Under the pieces are notes generated by a model. It did not search any database. It was not told the origin of the DNA and was given only the letters and a program-made list of their open reading frames with translations. A stretch of 64,000 nucleotides of DNA from Malacoraja senta. Its lineage: Eukaryota. The stretch lies in assembly GCA_038087875.1 (NCBI GenBank), contig CM075987.1, positions 25,980,001 to 26,044,000 of the forward strand, given 5' to 3'. Position numbers and translations under genes: made by a program. Positions 24,274 to 36,182 of the stretch are shown here, piece after piece; position 1 is the first letter of the stretch; the number at the start of each line of letters is the position of its first letter.

Positions 24274-24474
24274 GTGACGTTTTGGCATCGGAACCCACTG
24301 AAACGTCACCTTCTGACTTCCGACCTGAAACGTCACCCATTCTTTTTCTCAAGTGATGCTACCTGACCCGCTGAGTTACTCCAGCATTTTGTGTCTGTCT
24401 GTGCGGTGAGGGGAACACTGGGAAAGTGTCCATAAGAGGCTAGGCCTGCCTATCCCCAAGATAAACAGCCTCAT

Positions 24475-24760
24475 GTGTAGGAAGGAACTGCAGATGCTTG
24501 TTTACACCGAAGATAGACACAAAATGCTGGAGTAACTCAGCGGGACAGGCAGCATCTCTGGAGAAAAGGAATGGGTGGTGTTTTGGGTCGAGACCCTTCT
24601 TCGGACTGAGAGTCAGTGGAGAGGGAGTCTAGGGATATGTAAGGGTAAGGTTATGAAAACGACAGATCAAAGCAGACGGTGATAAGGAAATGTAGAATGG
24701 TTCATTGTTAGCTGAGGGGGAGGTGACAACGCAGCATACAGTCAGTAATATTTAATCCAA
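24475..24760 (-). mobile_element. Penelope-derived element with long UTR
   Basis: Same arm plus the UTR segment (GGTTCATTGTTAGCTGAGGG) seen at 1180-1500 and 57555-57955. Confidence 0.75.
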
Positions 24761-24850
24761 AATGCTTTAGTTTAGTTTAGAGATACAGCACAGAAACAGG
24801 CCCTACAGCCCACCGAGACCGTGCCGACCAGCGATCCCCGCACCCGCATC

Positions 24851-25141
24851 TCCTGTCCCACTGTACGAGGTAATTCAAGAGTTCTCCCGAGTTTCCCCTG
24901 ATTCGAACTCGGAGAATTACGGTAATAGCCGTTCGTAGGTACTTGGGGCTCTCGTGGACATTTTTCACAGTGCTTAAAAAACTTCACGAGTTTCCGCGTT
25001 TCCCGAGTACCTGCCGTTAGCTACGAGACATCCGCGAGCTCCGACGTAGCCGCTACGTACATTCTACGTACTTAACACAAGTTTGATTTTTTTTAAATTC
25101 AGGAGAGCTCTTGAATTACCTCGTACAGTGGAACAGGCCCT
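24851..25141. mobile_element. PIF/Harbinger-type MITE (B-type TIR, A-like interior) inside an HE1 SINE (24766-25262)
   Basis: CCTGTCCCACTGTACGAGGTAATTCAAGAG / CTCTTGAATTACCTCGTACAGTGGAACAGGCCCT. Confidence 0.82.
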
Positions 25142-25519
25142 TTACACTATCTTACACACACTAATGACAATTTACAAATTTGTCATTAGTGCCAATTAAC
25201 CCACAGACTCTTTGGAGTGCTGAAGGAAATTGAAGATCTCGGAGAAAACCCACGCATGTCACTGGGATAGAGGCTCGTTTATGCCAAAGATACTTTCACT
25301 GGAATTTGGAAGGATGAGAGGGGATCTCATAGAAACATATTACATTTTTAAAGGATTAGACAGGTTCGATGCAGGAAAAATGGGGGAGTCAGAACCAGGG
25401 GTCACAGTTTAAGAATAAGGGGTAGGCCATATAGGACTGAGATGAGGGAAAACATTTTCACCCAGAGAGTTGGGATTCTCTGCCACAGGTAGTGGAGGCC
25501 AATTCACTGGATGAATTCT

Positions 25520-28290
25520 TTTTTTTTTTCTTTTTTTCTCCCTTTTTCTCCCTTTTTTTTTTTTTTTTTTTTTAATAATATTTTTATTGGAGGCAAATAC
25601 ATATATTGAAATCATGACATATATTTCATTTCTACATTACTAATATTATCCAACATTATTCGTGTTGTCTCCAATAGTTTAAAAAATATATATAGATAGA
25701 AAATAAGAGAGTAGGAGAAAGAAAGATAAGAATAAAAAGACAAAGAAAAAAAAAGAAAAAAAAGGAAAGAGATAATAAAGAAGAATGGAATAACTTACTA
25801 AAAATACATCATTAGAGATATATTCGTACATTTCAAAGTGTAACTTTTCATCTAATCCTTGGCTCGAGTTTTAGTCAGGTTCTCGTGTTGCACCAGTCTG
25901 ACCCTTCAAATAATCAATAAATGGAGACCATGTTCTGATAAATAATTCTTGTTTGTCCAATAGGACAAATCTAATTCTTTCCAAATGTAAGGTCTCCGAC
26001 ATTTCTATAATCCACATTTTAATTGTGGGGGTTATAGGACCTTTCCAAAATTTTAGTATTAATTTTTTTCCAGTTATTATACAATAATCAATAAAGTTTC
26101 TTTGAGTTGTTGTCAATGTTTGATTTTGTTCTAATATTCCTAGTATTATTAATTTTGAATCAGGATCCAATTGAGTGTTGACAACTATAGATATTATTCT
26201 ATAAAATATTTGCCCAGAATTTTTAAATTTTTATACAATTCGCAAATGTATGAGTTAAATAATTTAACTCATACATTTGCGAATTGTATAAAAATTAAAA
26301 AATTCTGGGCAAATATTTTTTAATATTTAATTAATAAAATCTAAATGTTGACATTTATCACAAATAGGGGAGATATGTGGGAAGATTCTATTTAGTTTTG
26401 TTTTAGAATAATGTAATCTATATAGTACTTTGAATTGTATTAGAGAGTGTCTGGCATTTAATGAACATTGATGTATGTGTTGTAAACTTTCTTCCCAAGT
26501 ATCTTTCGTTATTGTTTGATTTAGTTCCTTTTCCCATGTTTGCCTATAAAAGTCCGTCGATTGAATCTCACTTTCTAATAAGATATATATGTGAGATATT
26601 AATTTTTCTGTATTAGGATGTTTATTCAAACAGTCATCAAGGATTTCTGAATCTCTAGTTCTAAAGTTTTGAGTATTTGCTTTAACATAATCTCTAAGTT
26701 GTAGATATCTGAAAAGATCATTTAAATGGAGTCCATAAGTCTGTTGTAGCTCCTGAAATGAAAGAAATGTGCCTTCCTTATAAAGTTGTCCCATCATTTT
26801 AATTCCATAATTTTTCCATTGTATGAAACCTTTATCCAACCAAGAAGGTTTAAATAAAGGGTTATTCACAATGGGACGAAAAAGTGATAAATTATCCAAT
26901 TTTAATGTCTTTTTTAATTGTTTCCAAATTCGCATACCACTGTATATTATAGGATTTTCCCTATACATTTTTTTGTTCAATTTCGAAGTAGCAAATAGTA
27001 TCGAGCCAATTTCAAAGGGTAAACAATCTTCCTTTTCCATTTTTAACCAATCCGGTTGTTGATCTATTTCTTCCAACCAAAAATTCATATTTTTAATGTT
27101 TACTGCCCAAAAATAAAACAAAAAATTTGGTAAAACTAAACCTCCATTTATTTTTGATTTGCACAAATGTTTTTTGCTTATCCTATGATTCTTATAATCC
27201 CAGATAAAATCAGTGATAATGGAATCCAACTTTTTGAAAAAGTTTTTTGGCAAGTATATCGGAATTGTTTGAAAAAGGTATAATATTTGCGGTAAAGAAA
27301 TCATTTTATGGCATTAATTTTACCAACCATTGAAATAGGAAGTGTTTGAATGTTCTTATGTAGTTTATTCAGTAAAGGGGGAAAATTTTATTTAAATAAT
27401 GATGCATATGTTTTAGTGACATAAATTCCTAGATATTTAAATTTTTCATTTACTGTTTTAAACGGGAATTGTTGTAGTATATGTGTATTATGTTCCCTTA
27501 TTGGCATAATTTCACTTTTATTCCAATTGATTCTGTATCCAGAGAGTAAACCAAATTGAGTTATTAAATTTAATAAATTTGGAATACTAATTTCTGGTTT
27601 TGTGATGTAAATTAATACATCATCTGCGTATAGAGAAATTTTATTCACTGTGTCTTTAGTGTTATACCCGTATATTTCCGAGTGGGTCCTAACTCTTTCA
27701 GCAAGTGGCTCAATAGCAAGCGCAAATAATAACGGAGATAATGGGCATCCTTGTCTATAACCTCTAGATAAATTAAATTTAGATGATAACCTTTGATTTG
27801 TTAATATTCTAGCTGTTGGGTTAGTATATAAAAGTTTTACCCATGTACAGAATTTCTTGCCCAATTGCAATTTTTCCATCACCGAAAATAAATAGGGCCA
27901 TTCAACCTGATCAAATGCTTTCTCAGCATCAAGTGAGATTATTGCTAGGTCTTCGTTAGTGATTCTCTTTGAATATATTATATTAAATAATCGTCTCAAA
28001 TTAAACTATGAATACCGTTTCTGAATATAGCCTGTTTGGTCAGGGTGTATTAATTTATTCATCACTGTACTTAATCTGTGTGCTAGAATTTTAGTTAATA
28101 TTTTCTGATCTGTATTTAAAAGCGCAATTGCTCTGTATGATCCTGCATCTTCGAGATCCTTATCAACCTTTGGTATAAGTGTTATTATAGATTCGTTTAA
28201 GGAATCTGGCAATTTCTGTTGAATATAAGTATACTCATACAGTGTTTGTAAACGTGGGGAGACCAAATCGTAAATTTTTAAATAAAATTC
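25520..28290 (-). mobile_element. 5'-truncated L1-clade LINE (ORF2 RT to C-terminus, 3' UTR, poly-A), inserted in a CR1 tail
   Basis: ITLIPK..SYRAIALLNTDQKIL..IHPDQTG, ISLDAEKAFDQVEW, RQGCPLSPLLF, SLYADD, CDKC zinc knuckle; poly-T on + strand at 25520-25572; several frameshifts. Confidence 0.95.
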
Positions 28291-28465
28291 AGAACCTGAA
28301 CCTATTCAAGAGAGAGTTAGATATAGCTCTTGGGGCTAACGGAATCAAGGGATATAGGGAGAAAGGAGGAACAGGTTACTAATTCTGGATGATCATCCAT
28401 GATCATAGTGAATGGTTCAAAAGGCCGAATGGCCAACTCCTTCACCCATTTTCTATGTTTCTATG

Positions 28466-28617
28466 ATAGACACAAAATGCTGGAGGAACTCAGCGGGACT
28501 GGCAGCATCTCTGGAGAGAAATAATGGGCGACGTTTCGGCTCGAGACCTTTCTTCAGACTTCTTCACTCCGAAGAAGGGTCTTGACCCAAAAGGTCACCC
28601 ATTCTTTCTCTCCAGAT
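28466..28617. mobile_element. Penelope-derived fold-back element
   Basis: ..CTTCTTCAGACT and CCGAAGAAGGGTCTTGACCC.. inverted halves. Confidence 0.75.
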
Positions 28618-29210
28618 AAACAACCTCATCTTCTTTGCAACAAGCTTCCAGTCCCAGTTGCAGTTGCTACAACCAGTGAGTAATGAGGTGTTCCACCAAT
28701 CTATTGAGATGAACAATAATCCAATTAGCATCTACACAGGTGAGCATGGGCGGAAAGATCAATTAATGTATTTCTCAAGTGCCCTGCATTACTATTAGTT
28801 TAGGTGACAATAATATTCTCATTCATGAAGCAGAAAAGATATACACAACATTAAATTAGAGAAGGAATCAATAACATGAAGTAAGGATTGCTCTCAGCAG
28901 GATTAGATATGCTCCTGAAGTAGGATATATATATATATATTTTATTTTGGAGATACAGCGCGGAAACAGTCCCTGCGGTCCACCTAGTCCGCACCGACCA
29001 GCGATCCCCACACATTCACACTACCGTACACACGCTAGTGACAATTTACACTTATACCAAGCCAATTAACCTACAAACCTGTACGTCTTTGGAGTGTGGG
29101 AGGAAACCGAAGATCTCGGAGAAAACCCACGCAGATCACGGGGAGAACGTACAAACTCCAATCAGACAGCACCCATGGTCAGGATCAAACCCGGGTCTCC
29201 GGCACTGTAA

Positions 29211-29539
29211 TGGGCCCGTCCCACTTGCCGATTATTTAGGCAACTGCCGGCGACTGTCATTGTCGTAGCAGGTCGCCGAAAAACCGGCGACAACCTACGT
29301 CATCTTGGCGACAACCTACGACAGCACCTACGTCAGGAGAAGTCAAGCTGCGCTCATTGGTGTCAAACCCACTGTCGCCGAAAATGTTTCAACATGTTGA
29401 AAATTTAGCGGGGACCAGAAAGACGCTACGACTTTTGCGCGACAGAGGAGACGACTCCCGGGCGACCACCGGCGAACACGTGGCGACAAACTAGTCGCCT
29501 GTAGTTGCCTAAAAAAATCGCCTAAGTGGGACAGACTCA
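29211..29539. mobile_element. PIF/Harbinger-type MITE, family D, inside an HE1 SINE (28945-29568)
   Basis: TGGGCCCGTCCCACTT / AAGTGGGACAGACTCA; inserted at CTG-TAA-GGCAGC. Confidence 0.82.
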
Positions 29540-30199
29540 CAAGGCAGCAAGTCTACCGCTGCGCCACCTTGTTGCCATATGCATGGACCTATTAATGTCA
29601 TTCAAGACTATTGTATCAATAACAAAGATCTTACTGCAGAGCACAATGCAAAGGAAGATACAATTCCCCGCTGTTTAATGTAGGGACACATTCATGCAAA
29701 TGTAACTTGGCCACAGTCGATGACAGTGGCTCGTGCAAATGTATGAAAGGTCATTTCAGTTGTCACGCCGAAGATTTTTTTTCAGGCGAGATTTCTCAGT
29801 GGGGTTTTAAATATTAATACACGGAGCCAGGGAATGGATCTTTATGTCAGGAGACTGTCACCCAGAATATGCACACAGACATGCTCCACATGCAAGTGTG
29901 ACGTGTATCTGACTCTCTGTACCAGCATCGGGATTGTTAATATTCAAGCTGCAGTGTGTGCTAAAGATATCAAACTGAGACAGCCATAAAAAACGAGAGA
30001 AATATAATAGCCACCCACTGATGAATAAGCAAAGCTGCTTCAACGTGGGATGAACAGAGCCTTGAAAAATGCTATAACTTTGACATTCTCATTAATGCAA
30101 ATGGCTGATAGCCATCATCTTTTTTCCTATGCACTAAGAATGCCTTTGGAGCAGCATGAGGACAATGCCCCTGGAGAACTTTGTCAGGGAACGTGGTCC

Positions 30200-30490
30200 A
30201 GCACGATGGCGCAGCGATAGAGTTGCTGCCTTACAACGCTGGAGACCCGGGTTCGATCCTGACCACGGGTGCTGTCTGTACCGAGTTGGTATGTTCTTCC
30301 CGTGACCTGCGTGGGTTTTCTCCTGGTGCTTCGGTTTCCTCCCACACTCCAAAGACGGACAAGTCTGTAGGTTAATTGGCTTGGTATATTTGTAAAATTG
30401 TCCTGAGTTTGTGCAGGATAGCGGGGATCACTGGTCGGAATGGACTCGTTGGGCCGAAGGGCCTGTTTACATGATGTATCTACAAATTTA
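30200..30490 (+). mobile_element. HE1 SINE
   Basis: A/B boxes, V-domain, tail. Confidence 0.85.
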
Positions 30491-31427
30491 AATAGACATT
30501 GTTGTTCCGACATCAAAGACAGCCATTTAATTAGATTGATTCCATCTCCCATTTTAAGGTTAAAACAGGCCACTGATTTGAACGTTTTTTGGAATAAACT
30601 ACTGCTTGTGTTAATGAAAAATCAGGAAAAACCTTGCAAATCAAATGAATAATTTCAGTTAGCAAGACAGATGTTATGAATAATGAAGTTGAGGATATTT
30701 CATATCCTGATACATGGGCTTCAAAGTGAATCGAGCTAAATGTTACAGAAATTCATTTTGAACATAATTAATACAAAGGGAGGCTCCATTTCTCACTCAC
30801 TGTTGCAAAAATTAATTGTGGCCAATCTGCTGTGGAAGCTGTTCTCTTGGCAGGAAGTACATTGTACATCTCTTCATCAGTTCCCATCGCAGGAGTCAAA
30901 GCCCATGGATGAATGATTCTCAAAAGTTGACAAATTAATAACATTACTGTGTCATTACTTGACACCCATTCAAATTGGCGACCATGATGTGGTCGGAACG
31001 AATTACCACACAGCTTAAGCAGCCAAAAACGCAGAGGCTTATTTGCAAGATGCCAAATGACATTGCCTCATCTCAGGGATTCCTTGCGTAGGAAGGAACT
31101 GCAGATGCAGGTTTTGAACTGAAGACACACACACCCAAAAAGCTGGAGTAACTCAGCTGGGCGGGCAGAGAAGGAATGGGTGACGTTTCGGATCGAGACC
31201 GTTCTTCCCCCGTTCCTTCTCTCCAGGGATGCTGCCTGTCCCGCTGAGTTACTCCAGCTTTTTCTGTCCATCTCAGAGATTCCATATTCCCTTTTTCCCT
31301 TCATTATTCCCTCGTCATGTATCTGTACCACTGTAAATGGTAATAATTAATTGTCCTTCTGCTGGCTGGGTAGCACGCAACAAAAGCTTTGTACCTTGGT
31401 ACACGTGACAATAAACTAGAGTAACTA

Positions 31428-31598
31428 GGGTACACAAAAATGCTGGAGAAACTCAGCGGTTGCAGCAGCATCTATGGAGTGAAGGAGATAGGCAAACATT
31501 GCCTATTTCCTTCGCTCCATAGATGCTGCTGCACCCGCTGAGTTTCTCCAGCATTTTTGTGTACCTTCGATTTTCCAGCATCTGCAGTTCCTTCTTAA
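31428..31598 (+). mobile_element. Short Penelope-derived fold-back element
   Basis: About 70-bp inverted arms; perfect 15-bp TSD AAACTAGAGTAACTA. Confidence 0.85.
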
Positions 31599-31921
31599 AA
31601 ACTAGAGTAACTAATTAAGTAACATGTTGAGACCTGACTTCAGACTGAATATCAGCAAAGCAGTCTGCGACAATGTCTGTTATATCGTTAGACTTCAGAG
31701 ATACAGCGCGGAAACAGGCCCTTTGGCTCACCGAGTCCGCGCCAACCAACGATCCCTGTACACCAACACTGTCCTGCACACTAGTTTAGTTTAGATTAGA
31801 GATACACTGCCCTTCGAACCAGCGAGCCCGTGCCAACCAGCGATCCTCAGACACTAACACTATCCTACACACACTAGGGAAAATTTTACAAATATACCAA
31901 GCCAATTAACCTACAAACCTG

Positions 31922-32221
31922 AAGGTACACAAAAATGCTGGAGAAACTCAGCGGGTGCAGCAGCATCTATGGAGCGAAGGAAATAGGCAACGTTTCGGGC
32001 CGAAACCCTTCTTCAAATTGGCGACCATGATGTGGTCGGAATGAATTACCACACAGCTTAAGCAGCCAAAAACGCAGAGGCTTATTTGCAAGATGCCGAA
32101 CAACGTTTTAGCCCAAAACGTTGCCTATTCCTTCGCTCCATAGATGCTGCTGCACCCGCTGAGTTTCTCCAGCATTTTTGTGTACCTTCGATTTTCCAGC
32201 ATCTGCAGTTCCTTCTTTAAC
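31922..32221 (+). mobile_element. Penelope-derived fold-back element inside an HE1 SINE, carrying a captured local sequence
   Basis: 14-bp TSD AACCTACAAACCTG; centre 32012-32097 duplicates 30969-31054. Confidence 0.85.
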
Positions 32222-32364
32222 AACCTACAAACCTGTATGTCTTTGGAGTGTGGGAGGAAACCGGAGCACCTGGGGAAAACCCACGCAGGTTACGGGGAGA
32301 ACGTACAAAGTCCGTACAGACAGCACCCATAGTCGGGATTAAACCCGAGTCTCTGGTGCTGTGA

Positions 32365-32559
32365 AGGGCCTGTCCCACTTCGGCGACTCTTTAGGCAACT
32401 GCCAGGGACTAGTCTTAACGGAATTCACCTACGACATCTGGCGACAACCTACGACAGCAGAAATTGTCGCCACTGTCGCCGAAAATCTTTCAACATGTTG
32501 AAAATTTTGCAGCGGTCGCCTGTGGTCGCCCGAAAAGTCGCCTAAGTGGGACAGGCCCA
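32365..32559. mobile_element. PIF/Harbinger-type MITE, family D (short variant) in HE1
   Basis: AGGGCCTGTCCCACTT / AAGTGGGACAGGCCCA; TGA/TAA flanks. Confidence 0.85.
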
Positions 32560-32727
32560 TAAGGCAGCAACTCTACCGCTGCACCACCCTGCCGCACAAC
32601 TGTTTATGGTTATTACTGATCCTCCCCCTCCTGTCTATGTGGGAGCTGTTGACATTTCCGTAGAAGGGTCTGGTGGTGGGGCAGGTCGATGGGGAGTTTG
32701 GGAAGTAGTCCACTGCTAAACATCGAA

Positions 32728-33142
32728 CACTCTGGAGTTTAGAAGGATGAGAGGGAATCTCATTGAAACATATAAGATTTTTAAGGGCTTGGACACACTA
32801 GAGGCAGGAAACATGTTACCGATGTTGGGGGAGTCCAGAACCAGGGGCCACAGTTTAAGAATAAGGAGTAAGCCATTTAGAACGGAGACGAGGAAACACT
32901 TTTTCTCACAGAGAGTGGTGAGTCTGTGGAATTCTCTGCCTCAGAGGGCGGTGGAGGCAGGTTCTCTGGATGCTTTCAAGAGAGATCTAGATAGGGCTCT
33001 TAAAAATAGCGGAGTCAGGGGATATGGGGAGAAGGCAGGAACGGGGTACTGATTGGGGATGATCAGCCATGATCACATTGAATGGCGGTGCTGGCTCGAA
33101 GGGCCGAATGGCCTACTCCTGCACCTGTTGTCTATTGCCTAT
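32728..33142 (+). mobile_element. CR1/HER1 3' fragment
   Basis: ORF 32747-33052 MRGNLIETYKIFKGLD..; GGGCCGAATGGCCT tail. Confidence 0.9.
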
Positions 33143-34031
33143 TGAAATACAGGACGATCTTGAGTTTTTGTCTTTCCGTTGTTGATGGGTGATGCCCAGG
33201 TGGGAACCAGTGACTTAAGGTGGGTGCAAAAACTGTGCATCTCTCCACCGATCGGGAGGACGGCCAGACCCGAGGCCGTCCATGAAAGATTCTGTTGTAA
33301 GTGTCGGGTAATCCACATGCTGCGATGCATTATTGTGTTGCAACCTGTGCTGTTCATTTATCGGCAACGAGCCGTCACGGAAATAACACCAGTCTCATCT
33401 CCTTCCCATCCCTCAGGGTTCCCCTTCTGCCAGCACTTCTATTCTTTTAGCTCTGGCATCGTGCTTCCACTCTGCAACGCTGCTTAGCATTTCTACACTT
33501 GAAAAGTTGATTAAAAATACAACGTTGAAAAAAAAATAAATACATAATGCATGCATTTTATAATGGAATCATGCATTTCACTTGGAGGCAATCTGACCCA
33601 AACTCCCTCTGAAAGAATATCTCCACTCTCTCCTCTTTCACCTTCGCTCTTCATGTATATTTTCTTCTGTTTTTAATGATAGATCTAATTCCATTTTGGA
33701 AGATTATAGTCGAATCTCCTTCCAGCACCTTTATAGGCACTAAACATTCGCAACAAAAGCAAGTTGACAATATCACTGTGCATTTAATTCAGGTTTACCA
33801 TCGTTCAGGAACTTAATTCATTTTCACTCAGCTCTAAGTCATTGCGACTCCAAGCATGCCTTTGGTTGTTTGTTGCGTTTTAGTAATCAGCCCTGACATC
33901 GCCAGTTTCAGGCAGAATAGTTTGCAGCCTTTGCAAAAAATTTCATTTTGGAACATGAGACATTTATACATGAGTACAATACAACAACACAAAAGCCATG
34001 ACACTGTAGAGACACAGAGCGCTGGAGTTTA

Positions 34032-34271
34032 AGGGCCCGTCCCACTTTCACCACCTAATTCACGACCTCTGCCGAGTTTGCCCTTGACTCCTACTCGCAG
34101 CATGGTCGTCACGAGGTCGTAGGAGGTCGTAGGTAGGTCGTAGCAGGTCATGATGCTAGTCGTAGGTACTCGTGGCATCAAGTAGGTCGGGTGTTTTTCT
34201 AGCCGGATGAAAAAAAAATGTCCACGAGTAAAAAAGGTTGTGAATTAGGTCGTGAAAGTGGGACAGGCGCT
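34032..34271. mobile_element. PIF/Harbinger-type MITE, family E, inside a Penelope-derived element
   Basis: TIR AGGGCCCGTCCCACTTTCAC..CCTAATTCAC; internal GGTCGTAG repeats; splits GCTGGAG-TAA-CTCAGCGGG. Confidence 0.85.
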
Positions 34272-35599
34272 TAACTCAGCGGGACAGGCAGCATCTCTGG
34301 AGAGAAGGAATGGGTGATGTTCTCAGTCTGAAGAAGGGTCTCAACCCTTGATTACTACAGGTGTTAGAGGTTATGGGGTAAAGGCAGGCAGTTGAGAGGG
34401 GAAGATAGAGAGAAAGATAGACATGGAAACATAGAAAACAGGTGCAGGAGTAGGTCAGTTGGCCCTTGGCGCCCAGCACCGTCATTCAAGTCAAGTCAAG
34501 TCGTCAAGTGAGTTTATTGTCATGTGTCCCTGATAGGACAATGAAATTCTTGCTTTGCTTCAGCACAACAGAACATAGTAGGCATTGACTACAAGGCATT
34601 CTATAAATATATACACACATGAATCAATATACTGATAAAGTGCAAATAACAGTTAGTTGGCTAATAAAATTCAGTGTTTTGTCCGAGCCAGGTTTAATAG
34701 CCTGAAGGCTGTGGGGAAGTAGCTATTCCTGATCATGATTAATATGATCATGGCTGATCATCCAAAATCTGTACCCCATTCCTGCTTTCTACCCATATCC
34801 CTTGATTCCATTAGCCCTAAGAGCTAAATCTAACTCCCTCCATGATTGAATGGCAGAGTAGACTTGATGGGCTGAATGGCCCGAATCTGCTCCTATCGCT
34901 GATGATTTTATGATCTCAACCTCTCCATTTTCTCCTGACATGCTGCCTGACCCGTTGAGTTTCTCCGACATGTTGTGCCTACCTTTGCTTGAGGAGGAAG
35001 GTGGTGTAGGGAGAAAGAGGTTTCGAGCCAGCAACCATATTCACTTGAACCTCAGGCATATTTAATACTTGGGACGTGAGCTCTAATGAGCCAAATAAGC
35101 CAAAGCCGGTGGTTGATGCCGCCCAGCTGGTGTTTGCACGAGTCTGAACTGCGAGCACCTCACCCAGCTTTACCCTGGCTGTGACCATGACTTCAGCTCC
35201 CGACTTCAATGGACCTTCCTAGCAGTTGTTGGTGAAGAGGGGAACTTATTGTAGACACAGCAGTCTGGAGTATCTCAGCGGGACAGGCAGCATACCTGGA
35301 GAGAAGGAATGGGTGATGTTTCGGGTCGAGACCCTTCTTCAGACACCAGAATCTACATCGGGACGGCACGGTGGCGCAGCGGTAGAGTCACGGCCTTACA
35401 GCGCTTGCAGCACCGGAGACCCGGGTTCGATCCCGACTACGGGTGCTGTCTGTACGGAGTTTGTACGTTCTCCTCGAGACCTGCGTGGGTTTTCTCCGAG
35501 ATCTTCGGTTTCCTCCCACTCTCCAAAGACGAATAGGTTTGTAGGTTAATTGGCTTGGTGTAAATGTAAATTGTCCCTAGTGTGTGTAGGATAGTGTTA

Positions 35600-36182
35600 A
35601 GGCTCTGTCTTACCTTTTTGCGGTTATCGGCGGTGAAGCGCGGCGTCACCGGTAGAGGGGACCGCACGGCAACGGCGAGAGCGCCGAGCCTATCCACGGG
35701 AGCGCCGCACGGATGCAGCGCGGGGGCCGAGTAATTCAAATACGGCGGGTCCCACGTGCTTGCGGTAAGTAAAAAAAAGGGCGGGCCGACTGCGATGACG
35801 TCGGCCGGCCGCACGTGACTCACGAGCGGCGGCTGTGGCGGCGGCCGTCCTGATCGCGGCGCTGTAGCGGTGGCTGTGCCTGCGGCCGTGCCGCACACGT
35901 GCCTCACTGGCGGAGGCTGTGGCAGTGGAAGTTTGACGCACGGCGCTCGAGCCACACTGGCTGCGGCCCGTGCGGGCGGCCGTGCCGCACTCGTGCATCA
36001 CTGGTGGAGGTTGTGCGGTAAGAATATAGTTTTCAACAGTGTAGGTTTTATTTTAGCACCGTGCGGTGTTGGGAACACCGCCGCTTGGCCCTGGAATTGT
36101 GCGTTCTCACGAGTGCGCGGTCTATGGCGGCAGATTCTTCCCGTTTCGCCGCCAATGACCGCAGACTCGTGAGACAGGCCTT
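35600..36182. mobile_element. CpG-rich Harbinger-like MITE, family G, inside an HE1 SINE (35359-36265)
   Basis: Imperfect TIR AGGCTCTGTCTTACC..GCGGTTATCGGCGGTGAAGCG / CGTTTCGCCGCCAATGACCGC..GTGAGACAGGCCTT; TTA flanks. Confidence 0.7.

Noticed and set aside
23979..24366. ORFs spanning the N run
   Set aside because: Artefacts of the assembly gap
33150..35250. Short ORFs at 33139-33487 and 34979-35209 as exons
   Set aside because: No recognisable protein, and the phase of the 35.2-kb candidate does not join the other candidate exons
35437..36172. Ala/Pro-rich ORFs; possible host CpG-island promoter
   Set aside because: Lies within a TIR-bounded insertion that splits an HE1 SINE
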